Shown in pieces: positions 40,319-49,634 of a stretch of 64,000 bases of DNA. Source of the stretch: an uncultured archaeon (GTDB taxonomy: Archaea > Asgardarchaeota > Thorarchaeia > Thorarchaeales > Thorarchaeaceae). Numbering within the stretch: position 1 is the first letter of the stretch; every line of letters starts with the position of its first letter. The stretch spans positions 21,226-85,225 of the forward strand of contig CAYWJO010000009.1 of NCBI GenBank assembly GCA_964458565.1, in the 5' to 3' direction. A program made the translations under genes and the position numbers. The notes beneath the pieces were generated by a model. The model saw only the letters and a program-made list of their open reading frames with translations. It was not told where the DNA came from and searched no databases.

Positions 40319-40975
40319 ATGGCAGAATACCTCGACATTCTCGATGACTTGCGTGAGGGTATTGACACCTTCGTTGAAAGATGGTCTAAAATTCAGCGAA
40401 ATTCTGTCAAATTCATTCAAGCAGTGATTAACACCATAGTTCAAATCGAACATCTAGATGGTTCTCTTGGCAACCTAAGTGGTTTTCAGAATATTCGCGA
40501 GAACACACGCGGCAAGCTGCTAGTGAATCTTTTCGATAAACTAGTACCATCACTGGAATCTTCCATTAAAGAATTTACAAAATTAATGACAATGTTCGAG
40601 AATCTCAGGCAAAAGGCATCCACCATAACCACACTAACCGAGTCACTCAGAGGAAGCCTAGATGAATTTCCGACCTTGGAAGACCTAGTTGGATTTCTTG
40701 ATCTTGTGATGATGAGTGTGAGAGATATCCTATCTATGTTTGAATCTGAATTCCTTGTTAAGATTACGATTTTCAGAGACATCGAAGATGGTGTAGTAGA
40801 TATGCAGATTGTAAGCAATTATCTCACTATCTGGACTGCAGAACCAAACATTGAACCACAGGCTTTGGAGAAACTCCTTAAGGATATGGATGAGCATATG
40901 GAGCTACTTCGAGACGTCTTTGATGGTAAGACTGGGCTCCGAATTCCTGACTTTCAGAGAAAAGTTTCCTTCTAA
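40319..40975 (+). CDS. All-helical protein resembling the C1orf109/CINP (CA109-like) family
   Basis: Motif pattern RW..IQ / LG.L..F..I...KL / F..L / PT..D / ESEF..K / W..EPNI; similarity recalled, not computed. Confidence 0.55.
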   Translation: MAEYLDILDDLREGIDTFVERWSKIQRNSVKFIQAVINTIVQIEHLDGSLGNLSGFQNIRENTRGKLLVNLFDKLVPSLESSIKEFTKLMTMFENLRQKASTITTLTESLRGSLDEFPTLEDLVGFLDLVMMSVRDILSMFESEFLVKITIFRDIEDGVVDMQIVSNYLTIWTAEPNIEPQALEKLLKDMDEHMELLRDVFDGKTGLRIPDFQRKVSF

Positions 40976-40985
40976 GTAATCCACA

Positions 40986-42611
40986 TTATTCCCACTGCCT
41001 TTTCCTATTTGAAATCTCTTCTATCTCTGCTTCAAGATGTCCTCTCTGGTCCTCAAATATGGTTTCGCTTAATTTTCCCTCTTCGTATTGTGTCTGGTAG
41101 TATTCTAATTTTGAACGGGCTATTCCTTCTCGGGCAGTCAGCTCATTCAACCTTGCTCTTCTTTCAGATACTAGCCTACGCAACTCATCATCTTGTTGAA
41201 ATATCTCTTCTTCCAATTCTGATTTTAACCTGCTATACAGTCCAGAATCGAGTTTTCCTTCTGTATATTGGTCCACTAAATTCAGTAAGGCTTTTCTTGT
41301 GGCGTCACGATGTGCTGTGATTTCACGTGCGACATCTTGTTTTTCAGTAAGTTCCAGTTTTTTTGCTAATAGTGGTGTGGTTAAACCCTGTAAAACAAGA
41401 CTAATCATGACTACAAAAAAGACGATTGTATTGATTGTATCTATGAGGGAGGCTGGAATACCCGCTTCGTGACCAAGGATGCCTACTGCAATTGCCGCCA
41501 ACGCTGCGCTTGCGACACCTTTTACACCAGCCCAACTGATTAGAAACCGTTCTCTCATAGACATATTTCTATTAGCCGCAGTCACAATGAAGACTGAACC
41601 CGGTCGAGCTACGAAAATAACAAGACCGGCTACCAATACACCCAGACCTGCAACAGCTGGATTAGTCACAATAAATGTTGTATCAAGAGTGAAACCCAGT
41701 AAAATGAAAACAACTATCTCAAAAGCAAAGGAAGCATTTTTCATTGTCCCTCTCATTGATTGTTGTGGTAACGCAGAAAGTCCTATTCGTCTCGAATTTG
41801 CCATGAATATACCTGCAAAAACTGCGGCCAGCGCACCTGGATGTATGTCAATAAATATCCACTGTTTGAAAATGGTAAAAATCTCTCCTACTCCATATGC
41901 TAGAATGGGTGTTGTTGCTGTCAGAATGGATACGGTGGTATCTGCAACAGTTCGCAGCATTATCGTTCCTACCAAATATGCAACTATAAATCCAATTCCT
42001 ACTCCCAGAACTATACTGAGAGTGAATCCAACAATAACCGTGAGTAGTGATTGATTTTCTGCCAATGATGGAGCAACAAATGGCAAAAAGACTGTTATCA
42101 CAAGAATAACCGCGGTTGCATCATTAAATACTGCTTCACCCTCTAAAATTGTGAATAACTTTCTTTTTACACGTACACCACCTGATTCGAGGATTGAGAA
42201 TAGTGCTGCAGGATCTGTTGGTGATACAATAGCTCCAACGAGAAATGCTGTTAATGCTATGGTCGGTACAAAGACGAGAATGGTTAAACCAGCTATAATA
42301 GATGTCAACAAGACTCCGAGTGTAGCAAGGAGTAAAACTGTAGTAAGCGAACCTCTTGTTTCACGTATGTTCATAGTCAATCCTGCATAAAAGAGAACAG
42401 CTGCAAGTGTTAATTGGGCAATAATATCTATTCCAAGTCCAGCATTTGTAAGATCTTCAAGAATTGCTTCTGCCGAAATGATTTGACCGAGAATTATACC
42501 TGCAGTAATTAGTACAACTGGATATGGAAATTTATATTCCTCAGCAATTTTTGCTAATGCAGCGCCACCTATCAGAATAATAGCTACAAGATATAGTCCC
42601 TCCGCTGCCAT
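40986..42611 (-). CDS. CPA1 cation/H+ antiporter (NhaP-type) with C-terminal coiled coil
   Basis: SPTDPAA, LEGEAVFND, VARP, WAGVKG, LQGLT. Confidence 0.9.
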   Translation of the reverse strand: MAAEGLYLVAIILIGGAALAKIAEEYKFPYPVVLITAGIILGQIISAEAILEDLTNAGLGIDIIAQLTLAAVLFYAGLTMNIRETRGSLTTVLLLATLGVLLTSIIAGLTILVFVPTIALTAFLVGAIVSPTDPAALFSILESGGVRVKRKLFTILEGEAVFNDATAVILVITVFLPFVAPSLAENQSLLTVIVGFTLSIVLGVGIGFIVAYLVGTIMLRTVADTTVSILTATTPILAYGVGEIFTIFKQWIFIDIHPGALAAVFAGIFMANSRRIGLSALPQQSMRGTMKNASFAFEIVVFILLGFTLDTTFIVTNPAVAGLGVLVAGLVIFVARPGSVFIVTAANRNMSMRERFLISWAGVKGVASAALAAIAVGILGHEAGIPASLIDTINTIVFFVVMISLVLQGLTTPLLAKKLELTEKQDVAREITAHRDATRKALLNLVDQYTEGKLDSGLYSRLKSELEEEIFQQDDELRRLVSERRARLNELTAREGIARSKLEYYQTQYEEGKLSETIFEDQRGHLEAEIEEISNRKRQWE

Positions 42612-42621
42612 AATTCATCCC

Positions 42622-43239
42622 TTAGATATCCGCTATGATTTCTGCGCACTCTTTCAAGTAATCAGAAATATGTTCTAATTCTCTAACAATTTTCCTCAAC
42701 ATATAACAGATCCAATCACCTTCCCCTCCTGTGGCGACGGAAATCTGTCTGCATATAACGATATTATCTTCATCAATCGCTCTCTCCAATCTCAACACTG
42801 CTTCTAATCCCTCTTTCATCTCTGGAGTGTTTTTAGCATACTGTGTCATGCCCATTAGTGCCAAAATCTGGTCATGTAATTTGGAAGCTATGGTGCGCAG
42901 TGAATCCATGTAAATTTCCCCGAAAGTATCATCTCGAACCATATCGACTAGAACGAATACATGTCCAAGTGTTCCTTGTATCCTAAGTAGATTTGATGCA
43001 GCTGCTTGTGTTGAGATGCCTAACTCGTTCTTTGGGAGTCTTCGTGCAAAGCTATATGACGTTACCAAACCTTTCATGTGTTTGGTTGCTTTCTCTCTTA
43101 GTTCTCCCCAATCTGATTCTTCAGGTCTACAGGATTGACAAATTCTATCTGAAAGAATTTCAATTACTTGAGACTGCTTCTCTAGTATCTCACGAAGGAA
43201 TTTCAGGATGTCATCTCTTCCCAGTGATTCATCTGTCAA
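42622..43239 (-). CDS. PhoU/DUF47-like helical bundle protein
   Basis: C-terminal 'LERAIDE...IVRELEHISDYLKECAE' PhoU-like motif. Confidence 0.55.
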   Translation of the reverse strand: MTDESLGRDDILKFLREILEKQSQVIEILSDRICQSCRPEESDWGELREKATKHMKGLVTSYSFARRLPKNELGISTQAAASNLLRIQGTLGHVFVLVDMVRDDTFGEIYMDSLRTIASKLHDQILALMGMTQYAKNTPEMKEGLEAVLRLERAIDEDNIVICRQISVATGGEGDWICYMLRKIVRELEHISDYLKECAEIIADI

Positions 43240-43502
43240 GTTTCATCCTCCTTCGTTTTTACTAATTGCCATGACAGGTTTAGGCTTAGATGAATGAAGT
43301 TTTTCCTAAGGTTCACTTCTATGCCTGTTTCAATTGGTTCACCAAGTTCCAGCTCAATCAAACCTTCTCGTAGGCTGGGCATAGGAATCTCTAATCTTTC
43401 ACCATTCCTAATATTATCTGCCAATTTCGAGAGAAGATCAGCTAGCGATATGAGGGTTTTTTCCTCTTCAAATTCGTAATCGTCGATTCGCATGATGGAC
43501 AA
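43236..43502 (-). CDS. Amphi-Trp-domain-like protein
   Basis: FE...LADLLSKLADNIRNG, beta strands, terminal 'LSLNLSW'. Confidence 0.6.
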   Translation of the reverse strand: MSIMRIDDYEFEEEKTLISLADLLSKLADNIRNGERLEIPMPSLREGLIELELGEPIETGIEVNLRKNFIHLSLNLSWQLVKTKEDET

Positions 43503-43645
43503 TTCCTTAAGTTCCGCTTGATTTTTTCGGTCATAAGCATGGTGCTAGGGTCATGAATCCATTGTCGCTTATTATTCCTTAAGTTGACCAATGGCAACCA
43601 TCATCCTTAATTGGAGTTGGGTTTGCATGTCCTCGCAACGCCACC

Positions 43646-44818
43646 ATGAACATCCATGAGGTAATATATATGTCGCATGATGAAGAAGAGATGGTTGTTA
43701 CCCCTTGGGAGGTCAAGGGGAAGATAGACTACGACCGTCTCATCAAAGAGTTTGGTACTCAACGTATAGATGAGAAGATTCGTACGAAAATCTACGAAAT
43801 CACCAAAGAAAAGCACTTTATGTTAGAACGTGAATTGTTTTTCTCTCATCGTGATTTGGATTGGATTTTAAAGGAATACAACAAAGGGAACAAATTCGTG
43901 ATATACACTGGTCGAGGACCTAGTGGAAATGTACACATTGGTCACCTGGTACCTTGGATGTTCACAAAATGGTGGCAGGAGAAATTCGATACACGCCTGT
44001 ATTTCCAGCTCACTAATGATGAGAAGTTCTGGTTTGAACCAGATCTTGGTTATAGAAAAATGAAACAAATAACCTATGATAATGCACTTGATGTGATTGC
44101 CATTGGGTTTGAACCTGAGAATACTTTCATCATTCAGGATATCGAACATATTGACTTGATGTATGAGCTGGCTGTTCAAGTCGCGAAGAAAGTGACGTTT
44201 TCAACAGCACGAGCAGTGTTTGGTTTCGATAACAGCATGAACATAGGTGGGATATTCTACCCCGCAATGCAGGCGGTACCAGCATTCCTTCACTCTTGGA
44301 TTTATGGGACGAAAACTCCATGCATTATACCATGCGCGATTGATCAGGACCCCCATTGGAGAGTGACACGTGATGTTGCTGAACGTCTTGGTTATTACAA
44401 GCCAGCAGCGATTCATTGCATGTTCGTTCCAGGACTCCAGGAAGGAGGAAAAATGTCATCATCGATTCCGATGTCTGCAGTATTGACTACTGATACACCG
44501 AAGATGGCTCGTAAGAAGGTGATGGCTGCATTTACAGGAGGCCGTACTTCTGCTGAAGAACAGAGAAAGCTAGGTGCGAATCCGGATATATGCTCTGTAT
44601 TCAAGTACTATAATTTTATTTTCATGCCTGATGATAAGGAGCTTGCAGATCTTGAAAACAGGTGTAGAAGTGGAGATATTCTCTGCGGTGAATGTAAACA
44701 GATACTGGCTCCAAGAATGATGGAACTCCTTGAAAAGCATCAGGCTGCACGAGAAGAAGCAAAGGAACGAATCCATGAGTTCGATGCATCTAGGCTCAGA
44801 GAAGACATTAGAAGATGA
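43646..44818 (+). CDS. trpS: Tryptophan-tRNA ligase (likely start 43670)
   Basis: VTPW, YTGRGPSG.HIGH, AIDQDP, KMSSS, AFTGG. Confidence 0.95.
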   Translation: MNIHEVIYMSHDEEEMVVTPWEVKGKIDYDRLIKEFGTQRIDEKIRTKIYEITKEKHFMLERELFFSHRDLDWILKEYNKGNKFVIYTGRGPSGNVHIGHLVPWMFTKWWQEKFDTRLYFQLTNDEKFWFEPDLGYRKMKQITYDNALDVIAIGFEPENTFIIQDIEHIDLMYELAVQVAKKVTFSTARAVFGFDNSMNIGGIFYPAMQAVPAFLHSWIYGTKTPCIIPCAIDQDPHWRVTRDVAERLGYYKPAAIHCMFVPGLQEGGKMSSSIPMSAVLTTDTPKMARKKVMAAFTGGRTSAEEQRKLGANPDICSVFKYYNFIFMPDDKELADLENRCRSGDILCGECKQILAPRMMELLEKHQAAREEAKERIHEFDASRLREDIRR

Positions 44819-44894
44819 GGAAGCTCATCTTCGATTATTTCTTTTCATTATAATTTTTATACTAGATCATCGAATTGGATTCAGGAGTCCTATT

Positions 44895-45353
44895 ATGAAG
44901 CAAAAGAATCCAAATTTCATTAATGGTATTGTTCTATTATCATTACTGGTCTTGAGTATAGTTCCTATATCAGCTCAAAATACCATCTCAGTTTCATTAA
45001 CACGTAACTTTGGAATGGGATTTGGAGGTCTAATTCAGGGGACATTTACGCTTACAGCTAGTGGTTCTGAAGAAATTCAGAACTTAACTGTTTATTTCAA
45101 TGGTGATGAAGTGTATTTTACTGAAGGTAATTCGTTAAGTTGGCAATTCGTTACAGATGATTATCCTTCAGGATCTACAAATATAACGATAATAGGTTTT
45201 GATAGTTCTGGGACATTATATAGTGGTACTACTAGTGCTACATTCTTAGGCACAATAACGACTAATTTAATCATCTTCGGAATTTTTGCATTGGTAATAA
45301 TACTGGTGATAGCTAAATATGGTCCAATTATCAATCGTAAACGAAAGCAGTAA
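44895..45353 (+). CDS. Small secreted Ig-like protein with C-terminal TM anchor (start moved to ATG 44895)
   Basis: AGGAG RBS, signal peptide, beta-rich T/S/N-rich domain, TM plus basic tail. Confidence 0.7.
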   Translation: MKQKNPNFINGIVLLSLLVLSIVPISAQNTISVSLTRNFGMGFGGLIQGTFTLTASGSEEIQNLTVYFNGDEVYFTEGNSLSWQFVTDDYPSGSTNITIIGFDSSGTLYSGTTSATFLGTITTNLIIFGIFALVIILVIAKYGPIINRKRKQ

Positions 45354-45502
45354 CATGAACGACTCTCCCTGTCAATGTAGTGTATTTTTCAATGTTATTT
45401 ATTGATTTTTCACTATAATGATGCTGATACTCATCACCGTAAGCCATAATAGAACTCACGTGAGAATGACCTTCAATTAGATTAGTCCGGAGACTGGATT
45501 AG

Positions 45503-46528
45503 ATGGGATCAGAAGTACAGGGTATAGATGTCTTCAAATGCCCTGTCTGTAACGGTAACGTAAAGACAGGCCCCGAGGATGTAGTTATCACTTGTATGTA
45601 TTGTGGTAGCACATCAACAATTGAGGGAAAGGCTATTGGAGATCACCTGATGGAATCTGCTGCTAGTGTTGAGGAACGTGTTGAAGGCTTTAGAGAGTTT
45701 CTCGACGAAAATAAGGGGATGAATAAATCCCTTACCACTGCAGCACAAATAGTTGAAAACAGGCTCATCTATGTTCCATTATGGGCTGCGAAGGTGAAAG
45801 CTGATTCTTGGTACAAGGGATACGAGACCGTCCAAGTACCAGTTCAAAAAACACGTCGCGTAAGAGACTCAGATGGCAACTATAGAACTGAAACTTATAC
45901 TGATTATGAAACGGGATATGTTCCAGTGCAAGATGAGATACATACTGACACTGATGAGCGATTCCTAGCTCGAAAAGGTGCACGTTTCTATGGTTTGGAG
46001 GATTATCTTGAGAAAGTTGATCTTAAGTACACTGAACCTTATAACTTCGATAAGATAAAAGACCTTAATCCAGAGATGCTAAATGCAGAAGTCGGTCAAG
46101 AAGAATTTGAAAAAGCTGTGCATGGTCGTGTTGCTGATCGACACCGTGCTCAGGCAAAAAGTGGAATAACTGAATTATTTGATTGCAGAACCACAACTAG
46201 TATACGGGGTACAACCTATCTGCAAGCCCCATTCTCATTGGTTCGATACAAATTTGAAGGTGACCTGTATAAAGCTGCACTCGATGGCCGCACCGGTGAA
46301 GTTATTCTCGGAGAAATTCCAATCACCAAGGGACAGAGAATAATGTGGACTCTCCTTGGTCTTATTGGAATCATTCTTGGAGGTGTTGGTGGCGAGTTAG
46401 CATATAGTGCAGGCGAAGAGACCATGCTACTTGTTGGTGGAATTGGATTAGTGATTCTTGGTATCCTAATGGCTGTATTCGGATTCCGAGTGCTGATAAT
46501 GACTCAGCGGGAGAAGAAAGGTGATTAA
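45503..46528 (+). CDS. Zinc-ribbon membrane protein, YdjG-like, copy 1
   Basis: CPVC..CMYCG; YVPLW; YLQAPF..Y.FEG..Y...DGRTG.V.GEIP; two C-terminal TM. Confidence 0.75.
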   Translation: MGSEVQGIDVFKCPVCNGNVKTGPEDVVITCMYCGSTSTIEGKAIGDHLMESAASVEERVEGFREFLDENKGMNKSLTTAAQIVENRLIYVPLWAAKVKADSWYKGYETVQVPVQKTRRVRDSDGNYRTETYTDYETGYVPVQDEIHTDTDERFLARKGARFYGLEDYLEKVDLKYTEPYNFDKIKDLNPEMLNAEVGQEEFEKAVHGRVADRHRAQAKSGITELFDCRTTTSIRGTTYLQAPFSLVRYKFEGDLYKAALDGRTGEVILGEIPITKGQRIMWTLLGLIGIILGGVGGELAYSAGEETMLLVGGIGLVILGILMAVFGFRVLIMTQREKKGD

Positions 46529-47498
46529 AATGGCTAGATGTGCATTTTGCGATGCTAACTTTGAAACGGGACCTGGTGATGTGTTGCTGGTATGTCCATA
46601 TTGTGGTACCGCACAAACTACCGATGGTGCCAAATTCAAGGAGCACTACATGATCAGAGTTCATTTCGATCAGACTGAAGCACAAACGACTCTACTCGAT
46701 TGGATTTCAAAACAACTTGGTGCTCCTGATGATTTAGCAACACAAGCAGCCTTTGTGAATTACAAACTTGTTTTCTACCCACAATGGGTATCACGAGTAG
46801 ACGCACACTCAACATATCAGGGATTTGGCAGAGATGCCAATTTCTATGACGAATGGCCTCAAAGACGGGGTGCATACAAGAGAATCGATTTCTTCCACAA
46901 ACCTGAGTCTGGTGAGTTCATACGTAGACATGAAGTTGTAATTCCCGGAATGAGTGGTATCGATGAGGATGTTAGAAATCATCCTATCCCCACTAGAGCA
47001 AAGGAATATTTCAGCCATGCTCATGCTGAAGAACATGATGGGCTTGTACATCATAGTCAGATCTCAGAAGAGCAAGCGCGGGAATCCGCAAAGAAACGAG
47101 CATATGAGATTCAGACAGCATTGATTCTAGATGAGATAACAAAGATTGAGAATCGTCAGGACCAACTCGATGTAGGTGAAACTTATCTTATTCATGTGCC
47201 TGTTTGGGAGCTGACATACCGTTATGGAAATAGCAAGTACAAAGCTTCCGTTGCTGCAGCAACTGGGTATGTGATTGAGAGTAAATATCCTCGTTCAGCA
47301 TCATTTAGAGCTATGGGGCTCGGAGTTGGCCTCTTGGGACTACTGATTGGTACTGTATTGATTCTCCTTGCTACAAATGTTCTTGGTATACAAATCTTCC
47401 CTGGAGGAGGACTTGTGTCCGGTGGAATGCTTGCACTTTTTGGTCTCGTTTTGATGTATAAGGGTGCTTCTCGTAAAGAGGCAAAGGAAGAACTTTAG
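46521..47498 (+). CDS. Zinc-ribbon membrane protein, YdjG-like, copy 2
   Basis: CAFC..CPYCG; FYPQW; HVPVW..YRYG..Y...TG.V...YP; two C-terminal TM. Confidence 0.75.
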   Translation: MIKMARCAFCDANFETGPGDVLLVCPYCGTAQTTDGAKFKEHYMIRVHFDQTEAQTTLLDWISKQLGAPDDLATQAAFVNYKLVFYPQWVSRVDAHSTYQGFGRDANFYDEWPQRRGAYKRIDFFHKPESGEFIRRHEVVIPGMSGIDEDVRNHPIPTRAKEYFSHAHAEEHDGLVHHSQISEEQARESAKKRAYEIQTALILDEITKIENRQDQLDVGETYLIHVPVWELTYRYGNSKYKASVAAATGYVIESKYPRSASFRAMGLGVGLLGLLIGTVLILLATNVLGIQIFPGGGLVSGGMLALFGLVLMYKGASRKEAKEEL

Positions 47499-47529
47499 AG
47501 AGGATTCACCTTCCTCTCTTTCTTTTTTT
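47497..47529 (+). terminator. Stem-loop plus U tract
   Basis: AGAGAGGA-TTCACCT-TCCTCTCT then TTCTTTTTTT. Confidence 0.7.
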
Positions 47530-47579
47530 CAGGAAGATTAAATTCACCCTTTTTTTGATGTTCAGCAGGTGAGTGTGAT

Positions 47580-48245
47580 ATGAGGAAATCATTATTCGCA
47601 ATCTTATTCCTAGCTGGGTTTTTGTTACTTCCAGTAGCAAATGCAGCTAGTAACCAAGGTCTATCTTGGGGTGTAACAGAAGGTCAACAATTTACATTTT
47701 CAGTTGATTCACATGCTGAATTGTCGATAATGGATCTCACAATGACGACAGATGAAGCTTACAACATTTTGATGGAGATTCAAAATGTCCCAGAGATCCC
47801 TGAAGATATTGATTCCCTAAGCGATTTCGCAGGATTGACAGTTGATGTCACTTTTGCGAACGGAACTGATATTGGACAAATCACACCTATTCCGATACCC
47901 GGTGCTTTAGCTCTGCCTATTGGCAATTGGACTCTGATGGAGACGCTATATGAGGCATACTTTGGTTCTCCCCCAGGATTAACAATCATAAATGATGCAA
48001 GTTATTTTGGAATTGAACTTTCAACATCAGTGGGAGATGAGTCTCAGGATATAACATTCAAGCTATTGAAGTCTGATGGATTCCTCTACTCCATAGAAAT
48101 GAATCTGAACATGACTATGCTTGGTGAAATGACTTACACCATGACGCGACTTGGTGGATTAGACACAACAATGTTATTGATCATTGGAGGCGCAGCTATC
48201 GCAGTACTTGTTATTGTCATTGTTCTCTACAAAATGAGAAAATAA
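47580..48245 (+). CDS. Secreted/surface protein with C-terminal TM anchor
   Basis: Signal peptide (VANA), acidic beta-rich core, TM plus YKMRK. Confidence 0.75.
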   Translation: MRKSLFAILFLAGFLLLPVANAASNQGLSWGVTEGQQFTFSVDSHAELSIMDLTMTTDEAYNILMEIQNVPEIPEDIDSLSDFAGLTVDVTFANGTDIGQITPIPIPGALALPIGNWTLMETLYEAYFGSPPGLTIINDASYFGIELSTSVGDESQDITFKLLKSDGFLYSIEMNLNMTMLGEMTYTMTRLGGLDTTMLLIIGGAAIAVLVIVIVLYKMRK

Positions 48246-48255
48246 TTAATTCAAT

Positions 48256-48290
48256 AGAAGAATTCAATTGAGTTCTTCTCTTTTTTTTTT
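48256..48290 (+). terminator. Stem-loop plus T10 tract
   Basis: AGAAGAATTC-AATT-GAGTTCTTCT (one G-U pair) then C and T10. Confidence 0.7.
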
Positions 48291-48366
48291 CTGAATCCTG
48301 TTTCAGAATCCATCAATTCTCTTAGATAAACAACCAACGAGGTGTTTTAGTGGTATTTTTGATTCT

Positions 48367-49542
48367 CTACTGAGAAAGAATGAGCTGGTGTATCCTAGGT
48401 CCTATTCTATCAAGTAATGGGGTTTCATCCGCCCAGATATTCAACCTCGGTTTCAATACGGATTCGAGTACTCTTAGGACATTCCCTGTATCTTCCAATT
48501 CAACGGATGACGACTGGAGCGCGTCCTCCACACCAGCCCGAGCAAGCCAAGGTCCAAGTGCATTGCTTCTCGGAGTTGAATTCAAATGGAATACTGTCAC
48601 GTGAGCTCTGGTTGAATTTTGAATAAGATGTCTATAGACTGAGAATCTTGCTTGGTCTGCGTATATAGACGCTTTAACATTTGAGTCATGTATTTTCTTA
48701 TCATCGAAGCTATAGAACTTCCTCTGGTTGCCGTGAAATTGTTCGATACGAATATAGTCGACTTGAGGTTCTCCAGGTTGCACAAGTACCGTGAATGTGT
48801 CGCCTAGTATTTTTGTAGCTTGCAATGTTGAAGTTGTGCAATCTTTCTTATCAGTGAGCTCAATAATAGCTCTATTGATGTATGTATCGAGTACAGCTTT
48901 GTATGCTGCGCGAGTTGGAACAAGTCTTCTACTCCTCTCCCTACCTAAGAGTCCTACAGCCATGAGTCTAGATACCTGGTCAAGTGAGTAATCATAATCG
49001 ATCAGTTTCCATATAGATTCTGATGCTGGAATATCCTCATCAGTTACCTTCTGAGCAACCCGACTAATTTCAGGTTCGGAGATTAACTCTATGTCTCTGA
49101 TTGGGACTAATGGACTACATGGAAGTTGTGTACCCATGACTTGAAGGTTGCGTGGAGGGAGAGAGTCAACCTCCACGCTTAATGCGACGGGACTAACAGA
49201 GAGAGCGATGCTCTGAATCACTTCCAACGCAGGGTTTGGTTCATTCATACGAGCATCTAGCGGGAGAACAAATCTGTAAAGTTGTTCTCTCATCATGAGA
49301 ATAGTTTCTAAGCCGAGACCTCTCCATGAGCCGGGATAATCATGAATTGAGAGGTGCTCGGAGGGCTCTGTAGAAGCTAAGACCCCAGTCCATAGGGTGG
49401 GGTATTTGGCTGCTTCAACAAAGATGCCTGGTGGAGAGAACACTCTGGTATGTCTGGAGTATTCTGGTTCATTCAAACGCATTTGGCTTGTATTTACCTC
49501 ACCAGTTAGCATCTCTCTAGCCCTTCTTTCGAGTGGACCCAA
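48367..49542 (-). CDS. Divergent Nre-family DNA repair protein
   Basis: SPPGIFV..YP, D.P..W, GLLG..RRLVPTR..AV.D, PLG.W-like; no N-terminal C4 zinc finger. Confidence 0.65.
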   Translation of the reverse strand: MGPLERRAREMLTGEVNTSQMRLNEPEYSRHTRVFSPPGIFVEAAKYPTLWTGVLASTEPSEHLSIHDYPGSWRGLGLETILMMREQLYRFVLPLDARMNEPNPALEVIQSIALSVSPVALSVEVDSLPPRNLQVMGTQLPCSPLVPIRDIELISEPEISRVAQKVTDEDIPASESIWKLIDYDYSLDQVSRLMAVGLLGRERSRRLVPTRAAYKAVLDTYINRAIIELTDKKDCTTSTLQATKILGDTFTVLVQPGEPQVDYIRIEQFHGNQRKFYSFDDKKIHDSNVKASIYADQARFSVYRHLIQNSTRAHVTVFHLNSTPRSNALGPWLARAGVEDALQSSSVELEDTGNVLRVLESVLKPRLNIWADETPLLDRIGPRIHQLILSQ

Positions 49543-49634
49543 CTAGCTAATGCAATCTTTGGCTAAGTTACTTCAGGCTATGTGGAATTCGCTCTGGCGA
49601 ATATCCTAGGAGTGGAGAGAGATGACCGAAACTA

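Noticed and set aside
49584-49606. Hairpin ATTCGC-TCTG-GCGAAT between alaX and the nre-like gene
   Set aside because: Short stem with no U tract on the coding strand; not enough to call a terminator or ncRNA
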